In this document: in pieces, positions 35,661 through 47,240 of the stretch
Numbering within the stretch: position 1 is the first letter of the stretch
Layout: each line of letters begins with the position of its first letter
Source of the DNA: Entomortierella parvispora E1425
Taxonomy: Eukaryota > Fungi > Mortierellomycota
DNA length: 64,000 bases
Assembly: GCA_020891255.1 (NCBI GenBank)
Contig: BQFW01000013.1
Span: 2,170,001 to 2,234,000, forward strand
Direction of reading: 5' to 3'
Translations under genes and position numbers: made by a program
The notes under the pieces: generated by a model
What the model was told of the DNA's origin: nothing
Seen by the model: the letters and a program-made list of their open reading frames with translations, nothing else
Databases searched by the model: none

Positions 35661-38600
35661 CTAAAGCTCTCTCGCCATTTTGGATGCTTCCTGGCTCAGG
35701 TTGAGGGAGGATGCTCGCTTTCTTGATCTGGAGGGGCCGTCAGACGGGACGATACTGCTCATTTCCAATGAGCTGTGGGTGTCCACCGCGTTTGTCACTT
35801 CTCCAGTAGCAGCCTGCCTCTTCGACGCGCGAGACTTGCTGCGGGAACTTGCACTTGCAGCTGCACTGGCTTCACTCTCGGTCGTAGAAATACTGTGACT
35901 GACAGCCCCGGGGGGTCCTTTGCCATGACTTTTGACGGTAGAAGACGCCCGTGCCTTCGAACGGCTGCCGGTCTTTGTCGCTTTGGACCTGCCTCCTCTT
36001 ACGCTGGTGCTGGCCGTAACATGACTGTCCCCTGTGTTTTCATCTGATTCGGATATCCAGGGGTATATGCCATCTTCTGTCACTGGCTGTAGGTGGAGGG
36101 GTCTTTCTTGCTTCTCAAGACGCTCCCGCACAATCATTGCCATATTCTCTGCCGCCATAATGTCCCGGTGGTGAAAATGCTTGCAATGCGTGCAATAGAG
36201 CTGCCGGATGGTTACTCGAGCAATGAAGTTGTGACAATTGGGGCACTTTTGCGAAGTATAATACTCGTTGATGCCTACCACCAAGTAACCAAGGGAGCGT
36301 GCCTAATTAAGAAAAAAAACAAGGTAAGTTATCACTTGTCAAGACTGTACTACTTTCTCCAGAGAAGGCTGGTCATGGTGAATTGTTTTTGACTTACCAG
36401 GGGGATGAAATAATCAAGAAATGACGAGTGAAGAGATGACAATCGACTGGAGCTCTTGAATTGCCCCAAGCCGACGCCGATTATAACATGGTTGTTTGGG
36501 TCGCGATGTCGTCCGGTAGTCCCTCCCACTATTCGTAGCAACCTCTCGGCGATTGCCTGATACTCGGCATGTTTGGCTCGTTTCATGTCCCAGGTATGCC
36601 TTTTAAACCGCCTATTTCGGCCATTATAAAAGGTGCTCAGGCGTTCTTCGACCTCCTTTATTTTTCTGACATACTCTTCCACGCTTGATTGTGAGCCTCG
36701 AAGAGGAGGGAGGTTCGATTCGATGTCCGATATAGATGACGGTTCAGCCTCCGTGACAACGCCTTTCTCTGTGTTTAGCCATCTTCGGTATCGAAATACA
36801 GGTTGCATTACCGCCTTTTGGTTAACAGCAAGATTGAGGTGAACGGGGCCGTCTTGCTCTGCATCTGTTGGTCTTGTGAGATCCACCGATATGTCCATTG
36901 TTGTAGAGAGAGCTCCGTTCCTGCCAGGTAGATATGCGTACGCCCCAACTACGAACGCTTGTCCGGCATCTAGAGTCAAGATTTTGATATCCGTTGGACG
37001 CGCACCGGGCCAAAGCTTCTCGAAATCCATGTCGTCCTTGACAACGTTTCTGATCTCTTGCAAATAAGAGTCGGTTCCCCCAACTGTGGATGATATTCTC
37101 GGTGGAAGACGATCGGGGGGAAGCCGCCGGTATCGGACGCACTGAAGCTCTCGAAGCTTATAGGCAAGTAAGTATACTCTGAACCCATCTGTAAGGATGG
37201 AGCCCCTAGATACATAGCCCTTGACGGTATAGTCCTTTGGGTCGAATGTTGGATCATCTAGCATGCGAAGGTGCCTCCTGAGAGCTTTGAGTGACATGAG
37301 CTTGATTGCTGCACGATGTCCTGCCTTGCCTTTCTTGCGACTTGTGAGATCTGAGGGGTCGATATCGGCAAGGTAACGTTTCAAGAGATAACCGGGCTCC
37401 TTGGTCCCGACCCATTCTTGCACATCCTGAATAGTCGGAGCCACCCCTTCATTAGATGCTAGCTCCGTCAACGATGTTTTGAGATCGCCTCCTCTTTTCA
37501 TGAAAAATCCCGCCAGCTCTCGCTCAGTAAACCCAACAAATGGCTGCTCTACTGATGTCATGGGAGCGATTCTCCGGGGCTGTTGGATCAACTTGTTGAG
37601 CGAAACGTAGTTTTCAACTGCGGAGACGTCATCTCGAATGAGTATCTGTGTGTTTGTATCCAAAATCCCGAGATCCTTAGCCTTCTTGAGCTAGAATAAA
37701 TAGATCGGAAACGTGGCTATGGTTAACATTATGGATATCAAGGTATTCTCAGATATTCTTCACATCTTACCTTATTGTGAATTATGCATGTCCCATGCTT
37801 ATACATCTTTTCAAGCTCAGCCTTCAGCTGCGTGGCCATTGAGCGCACAAGATCCGTGGGAGTAAAGGGCATGTTTGACTCGTTGATATCAACGGACGGC
37901 GAGACGTAGATTCCAAGTTCCGTGAGACGATCGATAAATGCATTGACCTTGTCCCCCATGGAAGAGGGTCTCGGTCGTTTTCCAGAGTACACTACTCGTA
38001 GAAAGCTCCAGATAAATGGTGCCTGGACCTTGTCATCCTTCTTTTTTTTTGTTGTGCTCGTGCTTGGTGGTTGCAGGTCACTATCGTCGCTCTCTACTTC
38101 AGGTTCTCCATCGTCGGGATCAAGTTCAGCGTCCACAAGACCATTGATCTGATTGTCGTCTTCCTCATCCGCAGCAATGTCGTCAGTGTCCTTCACGTCC
38201 TCCATACTAACAGGTTGACAGAGGTGGCGCAGGATTTCCTTGTCTACAGAGCTGATGTGGTCGATTCCAATTTTGTCCAGTTTTTCGACATAGCAGCCAA
38301 TCAGCCTCTGAGCTTCACGCTTCACTCGAGCTGCCTCGCTTGTCGCTCCCTGAATGACCTCCATAACTTCCTGCTGCAGGTCCAGCTGGTTAGGAAGCGC
38401 AAGTCTGATATTTGCCTTCAGAGTACCAATGCTCAATGAACTTGTTGGGTGGTGATAGGCCAAATGTCGAGTTATCGCCAGCTTATCTGTTGCAGCCGTA
38501 GATTTTGACAAGGTCTTCAAAGTGGGTGGATCCTTTGGAGCGGATGTCTCCTTTTTGCGCTTAGTCTCAGGCTCCTTGTATGGTTTGTATGCAAGCTGCT

Positions 38601-40047
38601 TCATCACTGGGGGTCGTGGATGCTCCTGAGTCCCTTTCCTTGACTTGAACGAGTATCTTGGCTGATGGCGAGGGGTTCGTGTTCTTTGAAGTGCTGGGTG
38701 TAGTGCCTCTCCTGTCTGGTTGCCGTGTGAGATGGACGAGTCTTGAGGCTGCTCAACCGGAGGCGGCATGGTGATACGTGCCCGTGTCAGGCGAGAGTGC
38801 TGTATTGCAGGTGACTCTACCGTCTTGTAGCGGTTGCTGGTTGACGATGATCGCAACCGAATGATATCCATGGAGTTGCTATAGTTATCAAAACAGTATG
38901 ATGAATACAAAAATTGGCTCATTTCCTTTCATATCTTGAATCCTGAGCTGTTAAACAGGCTTTACCTGCTGTTGAAAGTCATTTGGAGACTTCTGTTTTG
39001 TTGATATCGTTTACAGAGGTCCATAAATCTTTGGCGAAGAGCGTTAAAGGAAGAGTAGGCAGAATCTGATATCTGACAAGTGCTTGGCGTTTGCAGCTGG
39101 TCCGCAAAGACTCGAAGAGCGAGTTCAAATGTCTTGTCGCAGGTGTTTTTGGATTGGACACGCTCGTTCTCCAGATATTCCGACACAATCGACCTGGGAT
39201 CTAAAGACGACAGTTATTGTTTAACGTGTGCACGGGATGGCAAATCAAGACATTACAGTCGTCTCATTTGTTTCATACCTTCGCCCTTGCTGTTCATGAT
39301 GACAGAAAGGCTGGTGACTGGACCAAGCGAAAAGATGTTCCTGCCGTAGTCATTTGACACCACACAAGCAAGAGCCGTGAGCTGAGCTGATGACAATCCA
39401 AGAGTCTGGCAAACATCTGCGCGACTGTAGGCCAGATGAAGTCCGCGAGAGATGGGTCGCCAGAGCGTGTAGATAGTGCCATATGCAAGCATGTCACTGT
39501 CAGCCGATATGACAATGTCTTCTGGCCGGCAGTCCGCCGCGATGGCAACATCAGCCTCTGTCTCACATATCCGAACAGTCCATCCAGCCTTGATCAGGTA
39601 ATCGATGAAATCCTGGCGAACTGAGGATGGCCAATAGAAAAGTGATGCTAGGCTCTTCTTCACATCGACGAAATGTCGCTTCCTAGCCTTTTGGTTGTTG
39701 GTGACTCGTTGCTCGAGTGTGTCAAGGTTCTTGTAGCATTTTTCAGCGGCTTTGTCACGGTTGGCCTTTCGTTTTTTTGCTGTCTCTTCTTTCTCCACCG
39801 CTGCGCCACCATCAATGTAAAGAATGAGTTTATCCTTCCCGCCATAACGCAAAAAGTTTGCTTCAAGGACCTGGTGCGCTTCTTCGGGTGCCTTAAAAGA
39901 GTATGCGTTGCGGATGATAGAGTAAAACGACAGCACATCAAGACGTTTTGTACGATCGGTCATAGTTGACTTCACGTTGGAGGGATAAATGACAGAAGGT
40001 TCATAGCCTTTTTTGCGCAAAAAGGGGAACCAATCTTGTAATCCCAT
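35661..40047 (-). CDS. PIN/XPG(FEN1-like) 5'-nuclease fused to a Fanzor/TnpB-type RuvC + Zn-finger nuclease, ~1348 aa
   Basis: Exons 40047-39279, 39200-38966, 38878-37771, 37690-36398, 36302-35661 (4047 nt, one open frame). PIN acidic motifs RLDVLSFY, LYIDG, ETEADVAIA, ISADSDML, VSNDY. RuvC-I ILTLDAGQ (D at 36968-70), VIIGVGLG, INEYYTSQKCPNC (E at 36264-66), CTHC, RuvC-III HRDIMAAENM (D at 36162-64). Confidence 0.88.
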
Positions 40048-40239
40048 TAGAGGCACGATTTGGAGGATGAGTAAAGAGCAGATGATGAAAAAGTGGAAAA
40101 CGATGTAGATGTGTAATGGTGCGAAGGGTTGTCGCTGGTAGCGTGTAATGAGGAGCGTGGGGGAGCGTGGTGAGGAAGAAGGTATATAGAAAGAAGGAGC
40201 GCGTTTGCGCGCTTGGATGGGCTAACCGTAGCTCTCAAT

Positions 40240-40300
40240 CCCAGCCAATGAGAGAATTAGGGCGTGGATTGTCCTGGAGCCCCACAATTCGGTGACGTCA
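40240..40300 (-). promoter_or_regulatory. Upstream module of the PIN-Fanzor gene (TGACGTCA, CCCACAATT, CCAGCCAATGAGAG)
   Basis: CRE-like TGACGTCA and CCAAT-like motifs shared with 35520-35575. Regulatory role is inferred. Confidence 0.4.
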
Positions 40301-40699
40301 TTTTTTTTTTTTGGCGCGCTCTTTCCCCACAACAATCCACAAGGGAAGAGCACTACTTCATTAGCATTGGAATGGAGGGACAAAGAGGGAATGGAAAGAA
40401 AAACCCACACAGAGCGGGACAGGCGGGATGCACATCAAGGGGGGAACGGGCACTTTGTGCGGTGCTTTTTGCCTTTTTGCTCTGCCCTCATGCCCTCAGT
40501 CACTATGGGGGGTAGGGCGGGGACAAAGCAGCAGGAGGGGCATGTGGATGAGTGCAAGAAGAACAAGAACAAGGTTTGCTGATCCTTTGGTTTGTCGATT
40601 AGATCTGCAGCCCTTGCGATGAAATCCGTCTTCCTCTTTTTTTTTTTTTTTCTTTTTTCTTTTTGGTTCCTATGCGGATGTCAGAAATGTCCTTTATTC

Positions 40700-41640
40700 C
40701 CCTGCTCTTGAGCAGGTGCACTATTTCCACAGATCTCCTCAGCTATAGAGGAGAGAACCCACATCCATTCAAGAACACAGAAAGCCTGGATGGACTAGCA
40801 GAGAGATCGGTGGCGCACTTCGTCGAAGGAAGCCATGGATTCTGTACAGGACCTTGATGGCCTTTTCGGCACTTCTTTATGGATATCAGTTAACGGACAG
40901 GAGCATGGAAAGATACACCTCATGCTGAAGTTTGGAGTCAGAACCAAATCTGTCCTACAGTACCTCTGACTGGATCTGGCATGTGTTAGTGGCCACCCTC
41001 GGACAAGGATTACTTTTTATTCTTGGACGCAGGGGTGATCCTAAAATCCGATCCAAGAGCTGGAAAAAATTGCTCAAACGACAGGACTCGGTCTTTCATC
41101 CACTCATCCGGAGATTCCGGACATGGTACCACCAGACACGGAGCAGAAGGATAGGCTGTAAGCATACTCAAAGTTTGTGTATTTTCAACTACTCCACTAC
41201 TCGGTGGGCATCAGAAGGATTTTTTTTTTTAGCATTGTCGAATCGCTGAAAACGGATCTCACCGCACTGCCGGAAAAAGTGCACGGACGTCGGAGCAGCC
41301 CTTGCAATGCTGCAGGTGCCAGGTTGTGGAAAAGTTTGCCGATATCCTTCTACTCCTCTACTCCTTCAAGTGTATTTCTCGCCTTAACAATACTGATTCA
41401 CTTGTCTACTGCGTACCGTATCTTGTGCATGTGTCCAGGAGGCGCAAGGCTGAATCTCGAGCAGCCTCTCGGAGTGATCGTGAAGCGCCACTTTAGTTGC
41501 TTGATTTCTGCTACATCAATAAACAATCTTCCATATTGCACTTCTGAACTACTCATTAACTGTCTCTTGGATACCACAGCACTATAATGTCCGGAATGAA
41601 TATTCGCGATTCAAACAGAACAAAACAGTTGACAGAAAAT
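40700..41640. repeat. Repeat family R1, copy 2
   Basis: acggacaggagcatggaaagatacacctcatgctgaagtttgg and ccaccctcggacaaggatt cores; minus-strand remnant KDIGKLFHNLAPAALQGLLRR. Confidence 0.75.
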
Positions 41641-42498
41641 CGCATCCAAAGTTTACAATAATGGGCTCACTTTTGGAAATGGGTGATACCCCACAAGGCA
41701 CGGACCATATGGTGGTGGCGATCCATAAAAAACTTCACATTGGAATACCGAGACGACGACTGTGGACAGGTCCTAATGGTGAACCCCTCTCTGTCGCCTG
41801 CGGCCATATCAGCACCCCGGGGAAGATCCGCCACACTTTTTTTTTCCTCTGCTGAACCCCAGTGCTGTTTTACTCTCAGATGCAGATGATATCTAAAGTT
41901 TGATGCAACGGGGGTTTTGTCCCATGCAGTCTGGACCCGATTGAAGTGCATGGATGGAGGTCCCTGTGACTGCAGCATGGGATAAGAAAAGCAATGAAGA
42001 ATGGTGGCCTCACTTTTTTCAGGACAGAGGGATTTGGTGACGGTTGATCTTCAGTGGCGCGTTTTCTATTGCTCCTGTGGAAGTTTTTTTTTTGGTCAAA
42101 ATGCAGAGAATACTCGCGTTTCTCCTGCTCTTGCTGAGCGTTGCGTCTGCATGCGTGATCAAAATCAAACACAGCAGCGGGCAAGTCGAGTAAACTGGAT
42201 GCATTCGACGATACCCAAGAGTGTTATTGTTCTAGAACACATACACCGCCTCTCGAGGAGTCGATGGAGGACTCATCCGACTCTTCTCCTCCTGTGATTG
42301 CCAACTGGATCGATGAACGAATGCGAGGAATCGTCTGCAGTCGACCATCAAGAAATCGGTTGTTGTAATAATAATAAAAGCCAGATGTGCCCAGAAAGCG
42401 AGTTCAAGTTCTTTTATTACCACAGAAGCCTCTGAGCAATTGAAATGTGAGTATCGACGTCATTTCAAGGAGAAAGAGAGTCGAGGGGACCGATCCGA

Positions 42499-43119
42499 TT
42501 ACAGCCCTACGCCAAACCCTGGATCAAGACTGGGACGCCTGGTCGTTGAGGACACCTCCAATATCACCGAGTCCTTGTCATTGGTTTTGAGTATTGAACA
42601 TTGGTTATCTTTCCTTATTCCAGGAGGGAACGTGGTATCCACAATAGAGTTTGGGAATCCCCTAAGTTGACACTCAAGGATTTCATCCTCGCTGACGATT
42701 ATCTCGCACGGCCGGTGCTTCGATACAGCGTATCCATTACATTTCAGATGCTTGTTATGAGGATTGTGTTGACGACAAAAGTCGCCAAACTGACCAGATG
42801 ACAGCCTAACACGCTCGACATCAATTCGCTCACAAGGATCGTCTTTTGTGATACAGTCGCCTTGGCAGGCAAGGCCTCCGAGAGACACTTGACTGAAGCC
42901 ACTTGCTAACTGTTGGATGCCAGATTCCGAATCAGTCTCCCGTTCCTCTTGTTCCTCCTCTTGCTCTTCCTCTTCCTCCTCTTCTTCCTCCTCCTCTTCA
43001 TCATCTTCATATTCATCCTCATTCTCATCTACTTCTCCGTCATCTTCCTCAGCTTCTTCTCTGTAGTTTTCTTGTTCCTTCTTGGACTCAAACTTGAGCT
43101 TTGACTCTGATTTGGGCAA
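42499..43119 (-). CDS. Acidic protein with Cys/His-rich putative Zn-binding motifs; 5' end frameshifted relative to the 1-357 paralog
   Basis: Poly-E/D tract, then CQGDCITKDDPC...FCRQH and KCNGYAVSKHRPC. atgaacccgtca has one C fewer than atgaaccccgtca in the paralog. Confidence 0.45.
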   Translation of the reverse strand: MPKSESKLKFESKKEQENYREEAEEDDGEVDENEDEYEDDEEEEEEEEEEEEQEEEQEERETDSESGIQQLASGFSQVSLGGLACQGDCITKDDPCERIDVERVRLSSGQFGDFCRQHNPHNKHLKCNGYAVSKHRPCEIIVSEDEILECQLRGFPNSIVDTTFPPGIRKDNQCSILKTNDKDSVILEVSSTTRRPSLDPGFGVGL

Positions 43120-44426
43120 CAGTTTGACGGGTTCATGTTGTTCTTGTCCTCGTCGTTGTTCTCTCTATTGTTCTTGTTTTTTTGGTGAAGGACGGTGGCG
43201 GATCGTAATCTTCATTTTCGGAGAAAGAAAAAGTAATAAAGAATAACGAAACATATGAGGTGGGGATCGCCTATGATGAGAGTGATGGATGCAAAGGATA
43301 CCACTCTCATTTGGCAGCTCAACAAATCGCCTTTCTTGTTCACTCTTTTCTTACTGGGACTTGTCTGAAAGGCACGCCGAGGTGAGGTGCAGTGCTAGAG
43401 CGTGTGAACTGGAAAGCAAAAGGAGGAGGGCAGAGAGGATTGTTTGGTTGGGGATGTTGAAAAAAAGATAAAAAGAAAAAAAGAAAGTGTGGACACAAAG
43501 CGCACAACAGAGGCAAAGCAAGAGGCAAAGCAAGAGGCAAAGCAAGAAACACAAGGCAAAGCAAGAAACAAAAGGCAAAGCAAGAAACAAAAGGCAAAAG
43601 GAAAAGCACCCGCCCGCATCGGCGATGATGGGCCAATCCTTGACCAGTGTGCCTGGAGGACTCGACCGACCTCCCACGCGTTCCTCGTCCGTCTTCCCTT
43701 TTGACCCTGTCCGCTCTGACCACATTCATTTGCCCCACTGCCCAGCATTTGCTTATGCAATCATCCCCCACCCCTGCGGCTGCTTGATTGATTGTCATTG
43801 TCTTCATCTCTGGGATGCACGAGTTCTCACTCTGAACAATCCCAGCATTGCAGTGTCTATTCTATTCTACTTCGGAGCAATCACATATTAGCCTGCCTCC
43901 TTTCTTCGAGGCCAAGAGAATCACCTCCTTGATTCTTTGAGTTGATTGGCCCTTCTTTTCGTTTTGTGTAACTTGATTCTCGCTGAAAAGCAGAAAAAAG
44001 CAGATTTCCAGAGAGAATCAAAAAATGATTCTCTTGGGCACACAAGAAAGGAGGGCGGCTATTCTTAAACGTGATGGTGAGGTTCATGATCCTCGAAGAA
44101 TTTCTTTTTCTCTTTTTTTTTGGAGGCGCTAAAATAAAGATGGGTCTCGTTCAACAATATGAGATTGCTCCTCGCAGAATGTATAATGGCCTTTGGGGAG
44201 ACCCCTGGACCAAAAGAGGTAATTCAGTCCGAACCGTCACATTCTCATCTTATCCAGGCTGGCCCATGACTACATCGCAGTAATTATTGTCCCTGGATGT
44301 AGGGGAAATTGGCATCCTTCCTTAGACTTGCTTCCTCTTCTGGTCGTCAGGCCAAATCCGACCAGCATGAAGACTCATTCCTTCTTTTCTTTGTTACAGG
44401 TTCGACTTTGCAACGCTCAGCCTTGT

Positions 44427-44507
44427 AAGATCGCCTCCGCCATTGACGACAAGACTGTACAAGTGTTGCATGCTCAGGCTGGCTCTCTTGGCGCCTGGAT
44501 TCATGGA
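44427..44507 (+). pseudogene. Single degenerate WD40-repeat remnant (also at 5187-5267)
   Basis: KIASAIDDKTVQVLHAQAGSLGAWIHG and KIASANDNKIVRVGNAQTGSLGACIHG resemble the IASGSDDKTVRLWDAQTG repeat typical of fungal NACHT-WD40 proteins. Confidence 0.55.
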
Positions 44508-46968
44508 CGAACTAGACCAACCTCATGTGTTGTAGCGGGAGCACGCGCGACAGCCTGAGCTTTATCTTCACAACGGTGTCGGGCGATATCCAAAAATGAA
44601 CAGACAGCGTTTCATTTCACTTCACCAAAGAATGCCTGATGGGTCTTCCTCCAGAGCTTCATGGTGAGGCCCGAGCATCATTGAACAAGGTCTAATGGGC
44701 ACTAAGAGTTGGGGCAAGTAGAGAGAGGGCAGCTTGGGGTTGAGAAAATAAAGAGAAATGCCTCATCGAATATGGAGAGATTCATGGTCCTTGATTGTGA
44801 AGTAAATTCTCTACACGCGTTTGAAAGTTGAGGTCTTCTGCTCCGATTTCTTGGGCAAAACGCGAGACGGAAATGGGTGCGCCTGCGCGAAGGTTGAAGA
44901 GAATGAAATTTAGGGTGGGAGGCTCGCGGATCACGCTAGATCGGTAGGGGGTGACTAATTGGACTGCGGGATAGAAGGGATCTGAAGGACAGAAGTAGTT
45001 TGATACTTCTCGGTTGTCCTGCAGAGGCTGAATCGTTGGGGAAGAGAAGGGGGAAAGGACTGACTAAAACGCGGCCTGGAGACATATGATCAATTGGGAA
45101 CCGGCGGGCGTGAGAGAAGACAAACACTGGTGACCATTGAACCTTTTTTTTTTGCTTCGGGTGGACGACACATAAACACTTACACATGCAGGATGATTCC
45201 AATGTCGCACAGCATAGCAATTAGTTCAGCCGTTCATCCAAAAAAAAAAAAAAAAAATAAAATAAACACGTCCCATCGAAATTTTTGAATACGAATGATG
45301 AGAGCAATGATAAGAGCGATCGCAAACACAAGAGTCCAATGGCGAAAACCGTTTCGACTTTGCGTGGAGCTACATAAACATATTTCTTCTTCATCTTCTT
45401 CTTCAAGAGTACATATACATCCCTCCACTGCACTACATTGTTGGCGAAAATGGATATACTGTGCTCTGTCTTGTCAACCTCGCTAACTTGCCAGCCGATT
45501 TCAATTATGGTTGCACAAAGAAAATTTCAAGGGCATGGTAGGACAGGAACAAACGAGTCTTTTGCTTGCCTGTGCTTTACCGCCGGAAGCATGTATTTGT
45601 CGTCCGGTCCGACAGGTCTTACTTGTCGCCCTGGTTATTATTTGTCGTCCGATGTAAGGCAAATGGAAAAACAAAAAGGATGCATTATCGGTCGAACTAA
45701 CCAATTGAGATCCAAAGGATGGAACATCAACCCCACTGTCGTTGCCTTCAGCTGCCACTGCCCATGGTTTACCCGGCTTGTGTTCATATACATGACAAGC
45801 GCTTTCAACTGATTTGATTCCAACCAAGCGTGTGAACCAAACCTTGTCCGAGTTCACGATTCAGCAGCTGCAGGAAAAGGATGCCCACTCGAAATTGTTC
45901 AGGGTGTTGGACACCAGAACTCGGACAGAAAGACGCTTGCATCGGCAATGGGATGTCGGTCAGAGGATTTGTGAATTGTCCAATGGTTCAAATCGGCCAT
46001 GAATCGGTCGAGTATCAACGGATTAAGGACGTGATATCGCAACCGAAGGTGCAGCTGTGTTGACGGGCTAGCCAATCAAACTTGGACAAGAGTCCCTTCC
46101 TTGTTGTCCGTTGCTGTTATTTTGACATTCTGCTGTGCTCCAGCTCTCGCAAATAAAGTTCAGGGGCAAACTGAAGCGCGAGGATGTCGCATTTCCTTTC
46201 CCAGAGTTCAAATTTCGAAAAGAAAAAAAAATCGCGTGTATGTACAGTATTACCTGTATCTGATGTCGTTCATCTACCCTCTGTCTACCTCCTAGCCTGA
46301 GCGAACCTCTGAACTCTGCCCACCCCTCACGGTTCTCATATATCAAAGGGTTTCGACCGGGTGATCTCATGCAGAACCTCAATCCGTAAAGGCGCACAAA
46401 ACGATCAATCTCAGGAAGTTAGACATCAGAAATGCAGTTGCGTCAGTGGATAAAACGATATTGACCAATGGTCACATGGAACTTCTGAGAGCGATGAAGG
46501 GCGTTCCCAGGAGTGGTCTCATGACCAAAATCAGTCGATTATCGATCCCTGGTGATACAGATACTTCCCAGACGACAAATAAGAGACGATAAATAAGAGC
46601 ATTGGACGACAAGGAAGGAAATGTCTGATCGGACGACGAATAGACACTTTCAAATACACTTCCCTAAACGAGGTATTTCGCGGTGCATGATCAGGGAAAG
46701 GTGCATGACCAGGTCAATGTACATCTACAGAAATTCAGACCACAAATAAAAGAGCATTGGACGACAAATAGACACTTCCCTCGCCCTCCCTTTGAATAAC
46801 CAGAGTTGATTTTCTTCATTTTTTTTGTTTTATAGAGGCAGAAAGAATTGCACAGGGCTCTCAAACATCGGCACATGTAGGCTGCAGCATCAACGAGAAT
46901 GAGGATGGGGAATATTCATTTGCTGTAATGACCATACCGGTTCTCTTCGAAAATATTACAGGGAATGG

Positions 46969-46975
46969 TATAAAA
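46969..46975 (+). promoter_or_regulatory. TATA box of the small secreted peptide gene
   Basis: TATAAAA about 83 bp upstream of the ATG at 47058. Confidence 0.5.
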
Positions 46976-47057
46976 CTGAACTTTTTACACCCCGTTACAT
47001 CTTTCCTCACCTTTCCTCATCTTTCGCAAAATCCTTCAGTTTCATCCCAGCTCCACG

Positions 47058-47240
47058 ATGTTTGCCCGTATTAATATCTCCATTCTTGTCTTGACAGTCT
47101 TGGTTGTCATTATTCCTATGACAAGCGCTGCTCCTGTCCCCGGTGAGGAACCCCAAAATGCCGAACCCGATCATCTCGGCCCTGCCGGTGGCTGCCAATG
47201 GCAGGTCGATCCTTACAGCTGTCCTTGGAACTGGAAGTAA
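47058..47240 (+). CDS. Small secreted peptide precursor (60 aa) with a two-Cys, Trp-rich C-terminus
   Basis: MFARINISILVLTVLVVIIPMTSA (signal-peptide-like) / APVPGEEPQNAEPDHLGPAGG / CQWQVDPYSCPWNWK*; upstream TATA. Confidence 0.7.
   Translation: MFARINISILVLTVLVVIIPMTSAAPVPGEEPQNAEPDHLGPAGGCQWQVDPYSCPWNWK

Noticed and set aside
35640-35665. Helitron-type 3' end (CTAG followed by T) after the Fanzor stop
   Set aside because: No GC-rich hairpin at the expected distance, no matching 5' TC end found, and no Rep/helicase in the window.
15987-40047. IS630 transposase and Fanzor as one element
   Set aside because: They are ~18 kb apart with unrelated genes and duplications between them, and no shared termini are visible.
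42019-42423. GIY-YIG/T5orf172-like domain downstream of the Cys-rich ORF
   Set aside because: Only a vague AVYVF*...GYRR resemblance, interrupted by a stop.
44560-46900. Assorted 60-125 aa ORFs here and in 13400-14600 and 55200-56200
   Set aside because: Low-complexity or homopolymer-driven, with no motifs or splice-supported continuity.
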